Assembly: GCA_046759765.1 (NCBI GenBank)
Contig: JBHICV010000009.1
Location: forward strand, 1-33,310
Length of the DNA: 33,310 nucleotides
Source of the DNA: Acidimicrobiia bacterium
GTDB taxonomy: Bacteria > Actinomycetota > Acidimicrobiia > Spongiisociales > CAZKJJ01
Reading direction: 5' to 3'
This document shows, piece by piece, positions 1 to 7,702 of the stretch. Every line of letters begins with the position of its first letter. Position 1 is the stretch's first letter. Both the position numbers and the translations under genes were made by a program. Below the pieces are notes generated by a model. The model saw only the letters and a list, made by a program, of their open reading frames with translations. It did no database searches and was not told the DNA's origin.

Positions 1-74
1 GTGGGCCGGGTGGGAATCGAACCCACGACCTTGGGATTAAAAGTCCCCTGCTCTGCCGATTGAGCTACCGGCCC
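1..74 (-). tRNA. tRNA-Lys (anticodon UUU); 3' CCA end cut by the window edge
   Basis: Reverse complement reads GGGCCGG-TA-GCTCAATCGGCAGAGC-A-GGGGA-CTTTTAA-TCCCA-AGGTC-GTGGG-TTCGATT-CCCAC-CCGGCCC-A-C: 7-bp acceptor stem, D arm, TTT anticodon, TTCGA T-loop. Confidence 0.96.
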
Positions 75-103
75 CACGGCCAAGGTAGCAGTCGGCTCAC
101 ACC

Positions 104-212
104 GTTCTTGTGACGGGAATCCACGGTATAGGTGGATATGTGGCACAGAAACTAGGGGGTCAGGTTTTGGTGACGGCAGTCCACCCTATAGGTGAGTAGG
201 CGTCACCAAAAC
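104..212. repeat. Tandem pair of 49-bp REP-like palindromes, family A (104-152 and 164-212, 60-bp period)
   Basis: GTTCTTGTGACG...GGCACAGAAAC and GTTTTGGTGACG...CGTCACCAAAAC, sharing a central TATAGGTG; related copies at 19379, 32179 and 32239. Confidence 0.9.
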
Positions 213-219
213 GAGAGGT

Positions 220-444
220 TCAGCCCCGGAGGAAGCGGATTACCACCGAAAGCACGATGCTGACCGCCACCGAGACAATCAGCATCGACGTGATCGGGAT
301 GAACACGGACGAGTTCTCGCCCTGGATGCGGATGTCCCCGGGCAGATTGCCGAACCAGGAGAAGAGTCCGGGCACAAAGCGCAGCAGCACACCCAGGAGC
401 AGCACCACAGCTCCGATCCAGATCAAGACGTCAGAGGTTCTCAT
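220..444 (-). CDS. DUF2905-like small membrane protein
   Basis: Motif FGNLPGDIRIQGENSSVFIPITSM between hydrophobic helices; ATG at 444 lies 7 nt after a TACCCT -10-like hexamer. Confidence 0.85.
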   Translation of the reverse strand: MRTSDVLIWIGAVVLLLGVLLRFVPGLFSWFGNLPGDIRIQGENSSVFIPITSMLIVSVAVSIVLSVVIRFLRG

Positions 445-497
445 TGCCCCGAGGGTACCCCTAGGCACCACTACCCCCGGCGAGGTAGGTTGCCGTC

Positions 498-3400
498 GTG
501 GGGCAGCTGAAGATTCAGCTACTCGGCGGCTTCCTCCTGGAGTGGGACGGTCGGCCGATTCCGCCTATCGCCTCCAAGGCGGGGCGGTCCCTCTTCGCCT
601 ATCTCGTCACATATCGCGACCGCGCGCCTACGCGTGACCTCCTCGCTGGCCTCTTCTGGCCGGATCAGCCCGAACCTCGAGCCAGACGGCGGCTGAGCCA
701 AGCGCTCTGGCAGATCCAGAGTGTGCTGTCGCAGGTACCCGCCGAGGAGCCTTTCTTGCTGGTGACCCCGAGCACGATCTCGTTCAACTCCGATGCTTCT
801 TACGTGCTCGATGTGGAAGAGCTGGAGCAAGGATTGGTCGGCTCCGCTGATGAGAGTCCTGACCAGCGGTATCAACAGCTCGAGGCAGCCGTCAGCCTCT
901 ACCGGGGTGACTTCCTCGCCGGTTTCTACGACGACTGGGTGCTGTCGGAGCAGCGCCGAATCAGGGACGAATACCTCACAGGAGTGGAAGAGCTTCTCCA
1001 GCTGGCCAAGAGCAGGGCCCAATTCGAGGAGGCCCTCGGCTTCGCTCACCGCCTAGCTCTCCACGATCCACTGCGTGAGGACTCCCACCAGGAGGTCATG
1101 CGGCTCGCGTACCTGATCGGCCGCTCAACCGAGGCGATCCAGCAGTACGAGCGGCTGCGTTCGATCCTGACCGAGGAGCTCGGCGTCGAGCCGTCCGAGT
1201 CCACCGAGCAGCTATACCGCGAGATTGTCTCTCGAACCGAACGGGGAACTCGCCCCTTCGCGCCGGCACCCGACTCTCCCCTCTTCGACCAGTCCGGCGT
1301 CCCATTCGTCGGGCGGGATACCGAGCGCTCGCAAGTGCTGGCTCGCATGGAGGAGGTCATGGCCGGCCGCGGTGGCCTGGTTTTGCTGGAAGGCGAAAGC
1401 GGGGTAGGGAAGAGCCGACTCCTCACCCAGCTCGCTGATGACGCACATTGGCGAGGTCTGGGTGTTCTCTGGGGCCAGTGCACAGCTACCAGTGCCCCGT
1501 TCGATCCGATTCTCGTCGCGCTGCAACATGAGCTTTCGCCGCTACGAGTACGGCAGCTCGCACAGCGAGTCGAGACCGTTTGGCTTCGTGAAGCATCAGA
1601 GCTGCTACCCCAGATCTCGGAGACACTCCAGGACCTGCCCGAGCGGATCCCTCTGCTTGCCGGGGAGGAGCCGGCCCGTACCAGAGAAGCGATTGCACGG
1701 ATTCTCCTGGGTTTGGGGGAAGTCAACCCGTATCTCGTAGTCATCGATGATCTGCATTGGTCGGATCTCGATTCGCTTCGGCTGATCGAGTCGTTGTCAG
1801 ATCGCCTGCACGCCTCCGGGATAGTTCTATGCCTGAGCTTTAGGAGCGACGACGCCCGCCAGCGAGCACCCGTTTGGGATGTGCTGCGATCGGTGGATGC
1901 CACCGGCGCGGCTCATCGGATCGTCCTGACGCCGCTTTCTGAGGTCGAGACGATCGAACTGGTCCGCCGAAGCCTGGGCGTGCCCACGGTGGCTGACGAA
2001 GCATCTCGGCTCCTATACAAGGACACCGGTGGGAACCCCCTCTTCACGCTGGAGACGCTCCGGGCCCTCCACGACCTCGAGACAACCGACTCGGTCGCTT
2101 ACCTGGCCGGGCAGGGACCGCTGCCCGTCCGCGAGGAGCTGCCCATCGCCAACACCGTGCAGGAGCTAGTGGCAGGACGGCTCGATGCGCTACCGGCATC
2201 CGTGGCAGCAGTCCTCGATACAGCCGCGGTATTCGGCGACCGCCCGGCTCTCGAAGTCCTCGCCGCCACCCCTGGACTACGTACGGTCGACCTTCTGAGC
2301 GCCGTCGACGTGATGATCCGAAGAGGGCTGCTGCGCGAGGTTGAAGGGCACCTCGAGTTCAGCCACGGGCAAGTTCGACGCGTTGCCTACGAGCGCGTGA
2401 GTGCCGCCGAGGCCAGAAAGCTTCATCGGGAGATAGGCGATGCGCTGGAGCGGACTGATTCGGGCACCGCGGGCGAGCGCGCTCATCACTTCGAGAACGG
2501 CCAGGCGTGGGACCAGGCCGTCTCTTACCACCGTCTGGCCGGCCAGGAGGCCGTTTCAGTTCATGCTTACGAGACGGCCGCTGAACATTACGGATCGGCG
2601 TCCGCGCTCGATCAGACCGCCCAAGTGTTGGAGTCTGAGCGCTTCGAGCTGTTGGCCGAGTTCGACGACGTTCTCGACGTCCTGGGTCATCGTCGGCAGC
2701 AGGCGAGCGTACTGGAGGAATTGGCAGAGTTTCCTGTCGAAGGCCCCACGTATTTGATCGATCTCCGACTTCGTCAAGCCCGAGCGTCCGGAGCGACCGG
2801 CGACCTCGACACAGCAGTCGACCTCGCGCAAGTCGCCCTCGACGCCTCCCAAGCGAACGGACTCGTACCAGAGGAGGCGCGTTCTCTGATCGCGGTGGGC
2901 ACCTATTTGGTCTGGGCCGGCCGAGCCGCCGAGGCCATTAGTCCTTTGGAAGAGGCGGTCGCATCCTCTGGAGATGATCGCGCTCGACGCAGTGAGGCCA
3001 GGCACCGGCTGGGAAGCGCTTTCGCTGAGGTGCAGCGCTACGAGGACGCCAAGCGAGTCCTGCGAGTTGCCCTCGAGGACGCCAAAGCCGGCGGCGATCT
3101 TCGGGCCCGTGCGGGCGTACTCGGCACCCTTGCCATCGCCTCTGCCGAGACGGGTGACCCTGAGGGGGCCGAGGCCACCTATGGCGAGACGCTCGCTCTT
3201 TGTCGAAGGATCGGCTATCGGCGCGGGGAAGGGGTCAACCTCGTCAACCTTGCCAACGTTCTCTACTTCCGAGGCCAGATCGGAGATGCGCTGGGCCACT
3301 ACGACGAAGCCTCGGAGATCTTCCGTCAACTAGGTGAGAGACGTGGCGAGGCGACGGTTCTGGCCAACTCCGCCTCAGTGCGGGCGAGCGTCCTAGGTGA

Positions 3401-4325
3401 TTCCGAGCGAGCAGCTGCCGACGCAGATCGAGCCAGGGCCTACTTCAAGGACTCTGGCGATCTACGCGGCGAGGCGCAGTGTCTCGGGATTCTCGCGACG
3501 GCCGAAAGGGTCGAAGGCCATCTCGCCGAAGCGCACGCATTGGCCAATGAGGGAATGGAGGAGGCGGCACAGAGCGGCAACCAGTGGATGAGCGTTCAGC
3601 TTCAGGGAACCAAGGCGAGGCTGCTACTCGATGCCGAAGACCCGGCCGAAGCGCTCGAGCTGGCACGCAAAGCCGTTGCTACCTGCGAACAGCTGGGAAT
3701 GAGCGATCTCGAGGTGAGCCTCAGAGCGATGACCGCCGAAGCGTTACTTGCTCTTGGTCGGATGACGGAGGCGCGCCAAGCGGCGGATCGGGCGGTCCAG
3801 GGTCTCCATCCAGGCGTCGAACGGCCCCATCTGGTCTGGTTCGCTGCCTCGCGAGTGCTTGAAGCCCTCGGCGAAGAGCTGCCGGCACGTGAGGCCCTTT
3901 CCCGGGCAGTGGAGGAGCTCGAGACTTCGCTGAACGGACTGGATCCCACTGACCAGGATCGCGCCCGCGCGGCCGTTCCCGAGCATCGACTGATCGTGGA
4001 GGCCTGGGAGCGCGTCCAGCCGCACCATATCCGCCAGCAAGTGGTAGGCCTGGACACCCCGACGGGCCGCCGACTCGAGGCCGAAGATATGGTCGAAATC
4101 GACTGGACCATGCCGGCACCACCGGCCGGAGGTTGGCGCAGCGAACCCGCTGGCCGGCGCGAGCTTCTCATGTCGCTCATCGAGCAGGCTCGAGCGCAGG
4201 GGGGCTCGCCGACCGTGAACGATCTTGCTCATGCTCTCGGAGTTAGCACCGCGACGGTACGCCGTGATCTGGGGATTTTGAGAGAGGAGGGAAAGAAACC
4301 GATCACGCGCGGCTCCCGCGGGTGA
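498..4325 (+). CDS. SARP-type (wHTH + BTAD) STAND ATPase transcriptional regulator with TPR repeats and a C-terminal HTH (DUF1670/DeoR-like)
   Basis: N-terminal LLGGF...LLAGLFWPD; BTAD LYRGDFLAG...DPLREDSHQEVMR; Walker A GESGVGKS; Walker B VVIDDLHW; GGNPLF; TPR-like units (GEGVNLVNLANVLYFRGQ); C-terminal HTH TVNDLAHALGVSTATVRRDL. Confidence 0.9.
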   Translation: MGQLKIQLLGGFLLEWDGRPIPPIASKAGRSLFAYLVTYRDRAPTRDLLAGLFWPDQPEPRARRRLSQALWQIQSVLSQVPAEEPFLLVTPSTISFNSDASYVLDVEELEQGLVGSADESPDQRYQQLEAAVSLYRGDFLAGFYDDWVLSEQRRIRDEYLTGVEELLQLAKSRAQFEEALGFAHRLALHDPLREDSHQEVMRLAYLIGRSTEAIQQYERLRSILTEELGVEPSESTEQLYREIVSRTERGTRPFAPAPDSPLFDQSGVPFVGRDTERSQVLARMEEVMAGRGGLVLLEGESGVGKSRLLTQLADDAHWRGLGVLWGQCTATSAPFDPILVALQHELSPLRVRQLAQRVETVWLREASELLPQISETLQDLPERIPLLAGEEPARTREAIARILLGLGEVNPYLVVIDDLHWSDLDSLRLIESLSDRLHASGIVLCLSFRSDDARQRAPVWDVLRSVDATGAAHRIVLTPLSEVETIELVRRSLGVPTVADEASRLLYKDTGGNPLFTLETLRALHDLETTDSVAYLAGQGPLPVREELPIANTVQELVAGRLDALPASVAAVLDTAAVFGDRPALEVLAATPGLRTVDLLSAVDVMIRRGLLREVEGHLEFSHGQVRRVAYERVSAAEARKLHREIGDALERTDSGTAGERAHHFENGQAWDQAVSYHRLAGQEAVSVHAYETAAEHYGSASALDQTAQVLESERFELLAEFDDVLDVLGHRRQQASVLEELAEFPVEGPTYLIDLRLRQARASGATGDLDTAVDLAQVALDASQANGLVPEEARSLIAVGTYLVWAGRAAEAISPLEEAVASSGDDRARRSEARHRLGSAFAEVQRYEDAKRVLRVALEDAKAGGDLRARAGVLGTLAIASAETGDPEGAEATYGETLALCRRIGYRRGEGVNLVNLANVLYFRGQIGDALGHYDEASEIFRQLGERRGEATVLANSASVRASVLGDSERAAADADRARAYFKDSGDLRGEAQCLGILATAERVEGHLAEAHALANEGMEEAAQSGNQWMSVQLQGTKARLLLDAEDPAEALELARKAVATCEQLGMSDLEVSLRAMTAEALLALGRMTEARQAADRAVQGLHPGVERPHLVWFAASRVLEALGEELPAREALSRAVEELETSLNGLDPTDQDRARAAVPEHRLIVEAWERVQPHHIRQQVVGLDTPTGRRLEAEDMVEIDWTMPAPPAGGWRSEPAGRRELLMSLIEQARAQGGSPTVNDLAHALGVSTATVRRDLGILREEGKKPITRGSRG

Positions 4326-4355
4326 GCGCGAGGTTCGGACCCAGGGACGGTACTT

Positions 4356-4377
4356 CTGAGACATCTCCGAGACACCT
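4356..4377 (+). promoter_or_regulatory. Two 11-bp direct repeats (CTGAGACATCT / CCGAGACACCT), candidate SARP operator
   Basis: 9/11 identical at one-helical-turn spacing, between the regulator stop and the small ORF; CATGCT (possible -10) at 4384-4389. Confidence 0.5.
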
Positions 4378-4412
4378 CCCTCTCATGCTGAGCGAAGACA
4401 AAGGAGGTTTGG

Positions 4413-4508
4413 TTGCGGAGAGCCGTCACCGTTGCGGTGCTCGTGGCGATCTCGCTGCTGGCTGCTGCTAGCCCGGCGCTTGCTGAGATCACCAACATGC
4501 ACGGTTGA
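4413..4508 (+). CDS. 31-aa secreted pro-peptide MRRAVTVAVLVAISLLAAASPALA|EITNMHG (signal peptide plus predicted heptapeptide)
   Basis: AAAGGAGG at 4400-4407, 5 nt before TTG; in-frame TGA upstream at 4389; n-region RR, hydrophobic h-region, SPALA A-X-A cleavage site; TGA at 4506-4508. Too short for the ORF track. Confidence 0.8.
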   Translation: MRRAVTVAVLVAISLLAAASPALAEITNMHG

Positions 4509-4607
4509 GTGACCCTTCGCCAAACGTCTGCCAGCTAGCCAGGGACAGATCGGTGGTCGTCACCGATCGGTGAAGTAGGCGAGGCTCGAGGGAACCCTCG
4601 CAGAAAC

Positions 4608-4637
4608 GACCGGGCGTGGCCGCTGCCGCGCCCGGTC
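4608..4637 (+). terminator. 13-bp GC-rich hairpin, possible terminator of the peptide transcript
   Basis: GACCGGGCGTGGC-cgct-GCCGCGCCCGGTC (one G-U pair), followed by a weak pyrimidine tract. Confidence 0.5.
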
Positions 4638-4670
4638 CTCTCGTGTGCGACGGCTGATAGCTTTCGCGTC

Positions 4671-6473
4671 ATGATCCGCTTCGGGATCTCAGGCCTGCCT
4701 CCTGAGGGTATGGGCGACTCGGTCTTTCTAGGCGACCTCTCCGAGCGCGGGCACAAGGCCTACGAGCTCGCTTTTGTTACCGAGTTTCCATGGAAGCCCA
4801 AGCGATGCCGAGAGTTCGGCGAGGCGGCGGTTGAACACGACATCTGGCTGTCCGCCCACGCTCCTTACTTTGCTGTTCTGACTCCGGAAGACGAGGACCG
4901 TGCCAAGCAGTGCCGAGCGGCCCTTGAGCACACGATCAAGCTCGGTCGGGAGCTCGGCGCACGAGTCATCGTCGCCCATTTGGGCGCCACTCACGACGAG
5001 ACACCTGAGGCTCTTCTTGATCGGGTCCGCCGGCATCTCGATTGGATCGGCACCAAGGCGGGCCACCTGGGAGTTGGACTCGGTCTCGAAACGGCCGGAA
5101 AGGCCTCGTCGTTCGGCAGCCTCGGCGACATCGCACTTCTCGCCGAGGAGTTTCCCTTCGTACGCCCCGTAGTCGACTGGGCTCACGTCCACGCCATGTC
5201 GGGCGGTGCGCTGACCTCACCGGAAGCGTTCGTAGCCGTTATCGAGTTTCTCCGGGACCAATTCCCCGGCTGGATGATCGATCCACTGCACTGCCAGTTC
5301 ACGGACAACGAGTTCGGTCCTTCGGGTGAGATACGTCATGTTCCCTATGGGACGGGCTCACTAGCGGTCGGACCCCTCGTTCAGGCCGCTCGTGAGACAG
5401 GGCTCAGGATGACGCTCATCTCCGAGGCCCGAGAGGACGAGAGCCACGAAGCGATCGCTCTGGAGCTCGGTGAGGCCGAGGCTTCTGATGAAATTCAGGA
5501 GGGCGAGGGTCGCTTACTCGGATCAGGCCGGATCGAATTTCCGGACCTGATCAGGGTGACCTCCGACGGATCATCGTTCGTAGCGCTCGATCTCGAACGT
5601 CCCCTTGTTCTTTCCAACGTCGACAAGCCCTTCTTCCCTGATGGTTACACCAAGGGCGACCTGATTCAGTTTTATGAATCGATTGCGCCCCTGCTACTGC
5701 CTCATCTCTCCGACCGGGCGATCGTGATGGCACGCTTTCCCGACGGAGCGGAGGGCCACTACTTCTACGAGAAACAGGCCCCAGGACACCAGCCCTCCTG
5801 GATGGTCAAGGCGCCTCTGTATTCCTCCGTGAGATCCGCGCCAATCGAGTTCCTCATGGCACCCGATCGGGAATCGCTCATGTGGTTTGCCAACATGGCC
5901 TGCATCGAGATCCACCCCTGGCTGTCGAAAGTCTCGGCTTCGGATCGTCCTAATTACGCCGTGTTCGATCTCGACCCGGCCGAGGGAGCTACTTGGGAGC
6001 AGGTGGTGTCCGTCGCCCAGCTGGTGCGGGTAGCACTCGAGAACCTCGGCCTCGAGGGCGTGCCCAAGACGTCGGGAGCGTCCGGCATCCACATCTATGT
6101 TCCACTCGAGCCGGAATACGACTATGCACGGGTAAGGGGCTTCGTTGAGGCCACCGGCAGGTTGCTGGCGAAGGCCAATCCCGACGATGTGACTATGGAG
6201 TGGGACATACCGAAGCGGGCAGGCCGGGTCTTCATCGACCACAACCAGAACGTCGCCGGCAAGACCATCGCCTCCGTCTATTCCGTCCGTCCCCTCTCGG
6301 GAGCTCCCGTATCAACCCCGATCCTCTGGGAGGAGCTGGACACGGTGCATCCAGGGGACTTCACCATGGCCACGATCTGGGACCGGGTGCAGCGCTACGG
6401 TGACCTCTTTGCCCCGGCACTGCGCGGCGAGCAACGGCTGGAGGCGGCGGAGCACCGGCTCGGGCTTGCATAA
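4671..6473 (+). CDS. Fusion of endonuclease IV-like (AP endonuclease 2) TIM barrel and LigD-type primase-polymerase (PolDom)
   Basis: N-half has HAPY, HLG, ETAG, DWAH, HCQ, RH and terminal E Zn-ligand-like motifs. C-half has LSNVDKPFFP..YTKGDL, RFPDG, FYEK, EIHPW, FDLDP, KTSGASGIH, FIDHNQN, YSVRP. Confidence 0.88.
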   Translation: MIRFGISGLPPEGMGDSVFLGDLSERGHKAYELAFVTEFPWKPKRCREFGEAAVEHDIWLSAHAPYFAVLTPEDEDRAKQCRAALEHTIKLGRELGARVIVAHLGATHDETPEALLDRVRRHLDWIGTKAGHLGVGLGLETAGKASSFGSLGDIALLAEEFPFVRPVVDWAHVHAMSGGALTSPEAFVAVIEFLRDQFPGWMIDPLHCQFTDNEFGPSGEIRHVPYGTGSLAVGPLVQAARETGLRMTLISEAREDESHEAIALELGEAEASDEIQEGEGRLLGSGRIEFPDLIRVTSDGSSFVALDLERPLVLSNVDKPFFPDGYTKGDLIQFYESIAPLLLPHLSDRAIVMARFPDGAEGHYFYEKQAPGHQPSWMVKAPLYSSVRSAPIEFLMAPDRESLMWFANMACIEIHPWLSKVSASDRPNYAVFDLDPAEGATWEQVVSVAQLVRVALENLGLEGVPKTSGASGIHIYVPLEPEYDYARVRGFVEATGRLLAKANPDDVTMEWDIPKRAGRVFIDHNQNVAGKTIASVYSVRPLSGAPVSTPILWEELDTVHPGDFTMATIWDRVQRYGDLFAPALRGEQRLEAAEHRLGLA

Positions 6474-6481
6474 CTCTCCGC

Positions 6482-6531
6482 GTTCGTGTCAATCGCAGCC
6501 GTGAAAAGTGCGGCTCACATTGACCGGAAAC
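6482..6531. repeat. 50-bp REP-like palindrome, family B
   Basis: GTTCGTGTCAATCGCAGCCGTGAAAAGTGCGGCTCACATTGACCGGAAAC, homologous to 16211-16259. Confidence 0.8.
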
Positions 6532-6580
6532 TCGGACGGGGTGATCTCACAGGGGCCCGGGTAGTCCTAGCCTCTTGCCG

Positions 6581-7699
6581 ATGAGCGGCATCAAAGTGGG
6601 GTTCTCCGCCGGCACTGAGCCTCCCATCTCTCGCATCGAGCTGGCGCTGCGCCTCGCTCGTGTGGCCGGGTTTGACTCGCTGTGGACGATCGACCATTTC
6701 CAGAGCTTCTTCAATCGGGGGATCTGGCAGCGAGACTTCACGTGGTTGGCGACGGGCCGCAGCCCACACGCCATCCTCGACTACCAGGTAGTACTCGGCC
6801 ACCTGGCACGCAAGGCGGGGCGGGTTCAGATCGGGGTGGGCGTCACCGAGCCGATCCGTCGCCATCCTGTCCAGATCGCGCAGACGTTCATGACGCTTTC
6901 CCACCTCCTCAAGAAGCCACCGATTCTCGGGATCGGCTCAGGGGAGGCTGAGAACACGGTGCCTTATGGCCTCGACTTCAAACGGCCGGTCAGTCGGCTG
7001 GAGGAAGCACTGCAGATCATCAAGCTCTGCTTCGAGAGCGACGGCACCTTCGACTTCCACGGAGACTTCTACCGAATGGACGCGGCTGTCATGGACTTAC
7101 GGCCGGCGGTCGGCCGAACCCCTGAAATCTGGCTGGCGTCGCATGGACCACGGATGCTCGAGATGACCGGCCGCTTCGGAGACGGATGGTTTCCGGTGGT
7201 GCCGATGACGCCTGAAGACTATGGCGACCGGTTGGCCGTGATCAGGAAGTCCGCCGCCGAGGCCGGCCGCGATCCCGAAGCTATTGCCGCGGGCCTCTCG
7301 CTCTACCTCATAGCAGGGCGGACCGAAGCCGAGGCCCGCAAGTACCTCCATCACCGGTCAGTGCGATACCTGGCGCTTCTGGTCCCCGACTACGTATGGA
7401 ACAAATACGGCGTCACCCATCCTCTCGGCAAAGGATTCCAGGGCATGGTCGACTTCGTGCCCGAGAGCTACACCACCGATGAGCTCGAGCAGATGATGGC
7501 GGAGGTGCCGCTCGATCTGTTGGAGGAGCCGGCCGCTTTCGGCACGCCCGAACAGCTACTGGACAAGCTCTACCAGTATCGGGATGCCGGCCTCCAGCAC
7601 GTGGTCCTCCAGCCCGTCTCGGGGCTCGTGTCACGAGGAGCGGCAGCCTTTGCACTCAAGACCATTGTGTCTCTGGCCCGCAAGCTCCGAAAGGGCTGA
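6581..7699 (+). CDS. LLM-class flavin/F420-dependent oxidoreductase (resembles mycobacterial phthiodiolone ketoreductase-like proteins)
   Basis: GFDSLWTIDHF, GVGVTEPIRRHP, LGIGSGEAEN, GRFGDGW; ATG 7 nt after TAGCCT. Confidence 0.85.
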   Translation: MSGIKVGFSAGTEPPISRIELALRLARVAGFDSLWTIDHFQSFFNRGIWQRDFTWLATGRSPHAILDYQVVLGHLARKAGRVQIGVGVTEPIRRHPVQIAQTFMTLSHLLKKPPILGIGSGEAENTVPYGLDFKRPVSRLEEALQIIKLCFESDGTFDFHGDFYRMDAAVMDLRPAVGRTPEIWLASHGPRMLEMTGRFGDGWFPVVPMTPEDYGDRLAVIRKSAAEAGRDPEAIAAGLSLYLIAGRTEAEARKYLHHRSVRYLALLVPDYVWNKYGVTHPLGKGFQGMVDFVPESYTTDELEQMMAEVPLDLLEEPAAFGTPEQLLDKLYQYRDAGLQHVVLQPVSGLVSRGAAAFALKTIVSLARKLRKG

Positions 7700-7702
7700 C
7701 GG

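Noticed and set aside
104..212. Tandem repeats as a mini CRISPR array
   Set aside because: Units are 49-bp palindromes with 11-bp linkers, dispersed singly or in pairs, with no unique 30-40 bp spacers and no cas genes.
4341..4546. CCAGGGAC direct repeat flanking the peptide gene as a target-site duplication
   Set aside because: An 8-bp GC-rich match can arise by chance; no terminal inverted repeats or transposase.
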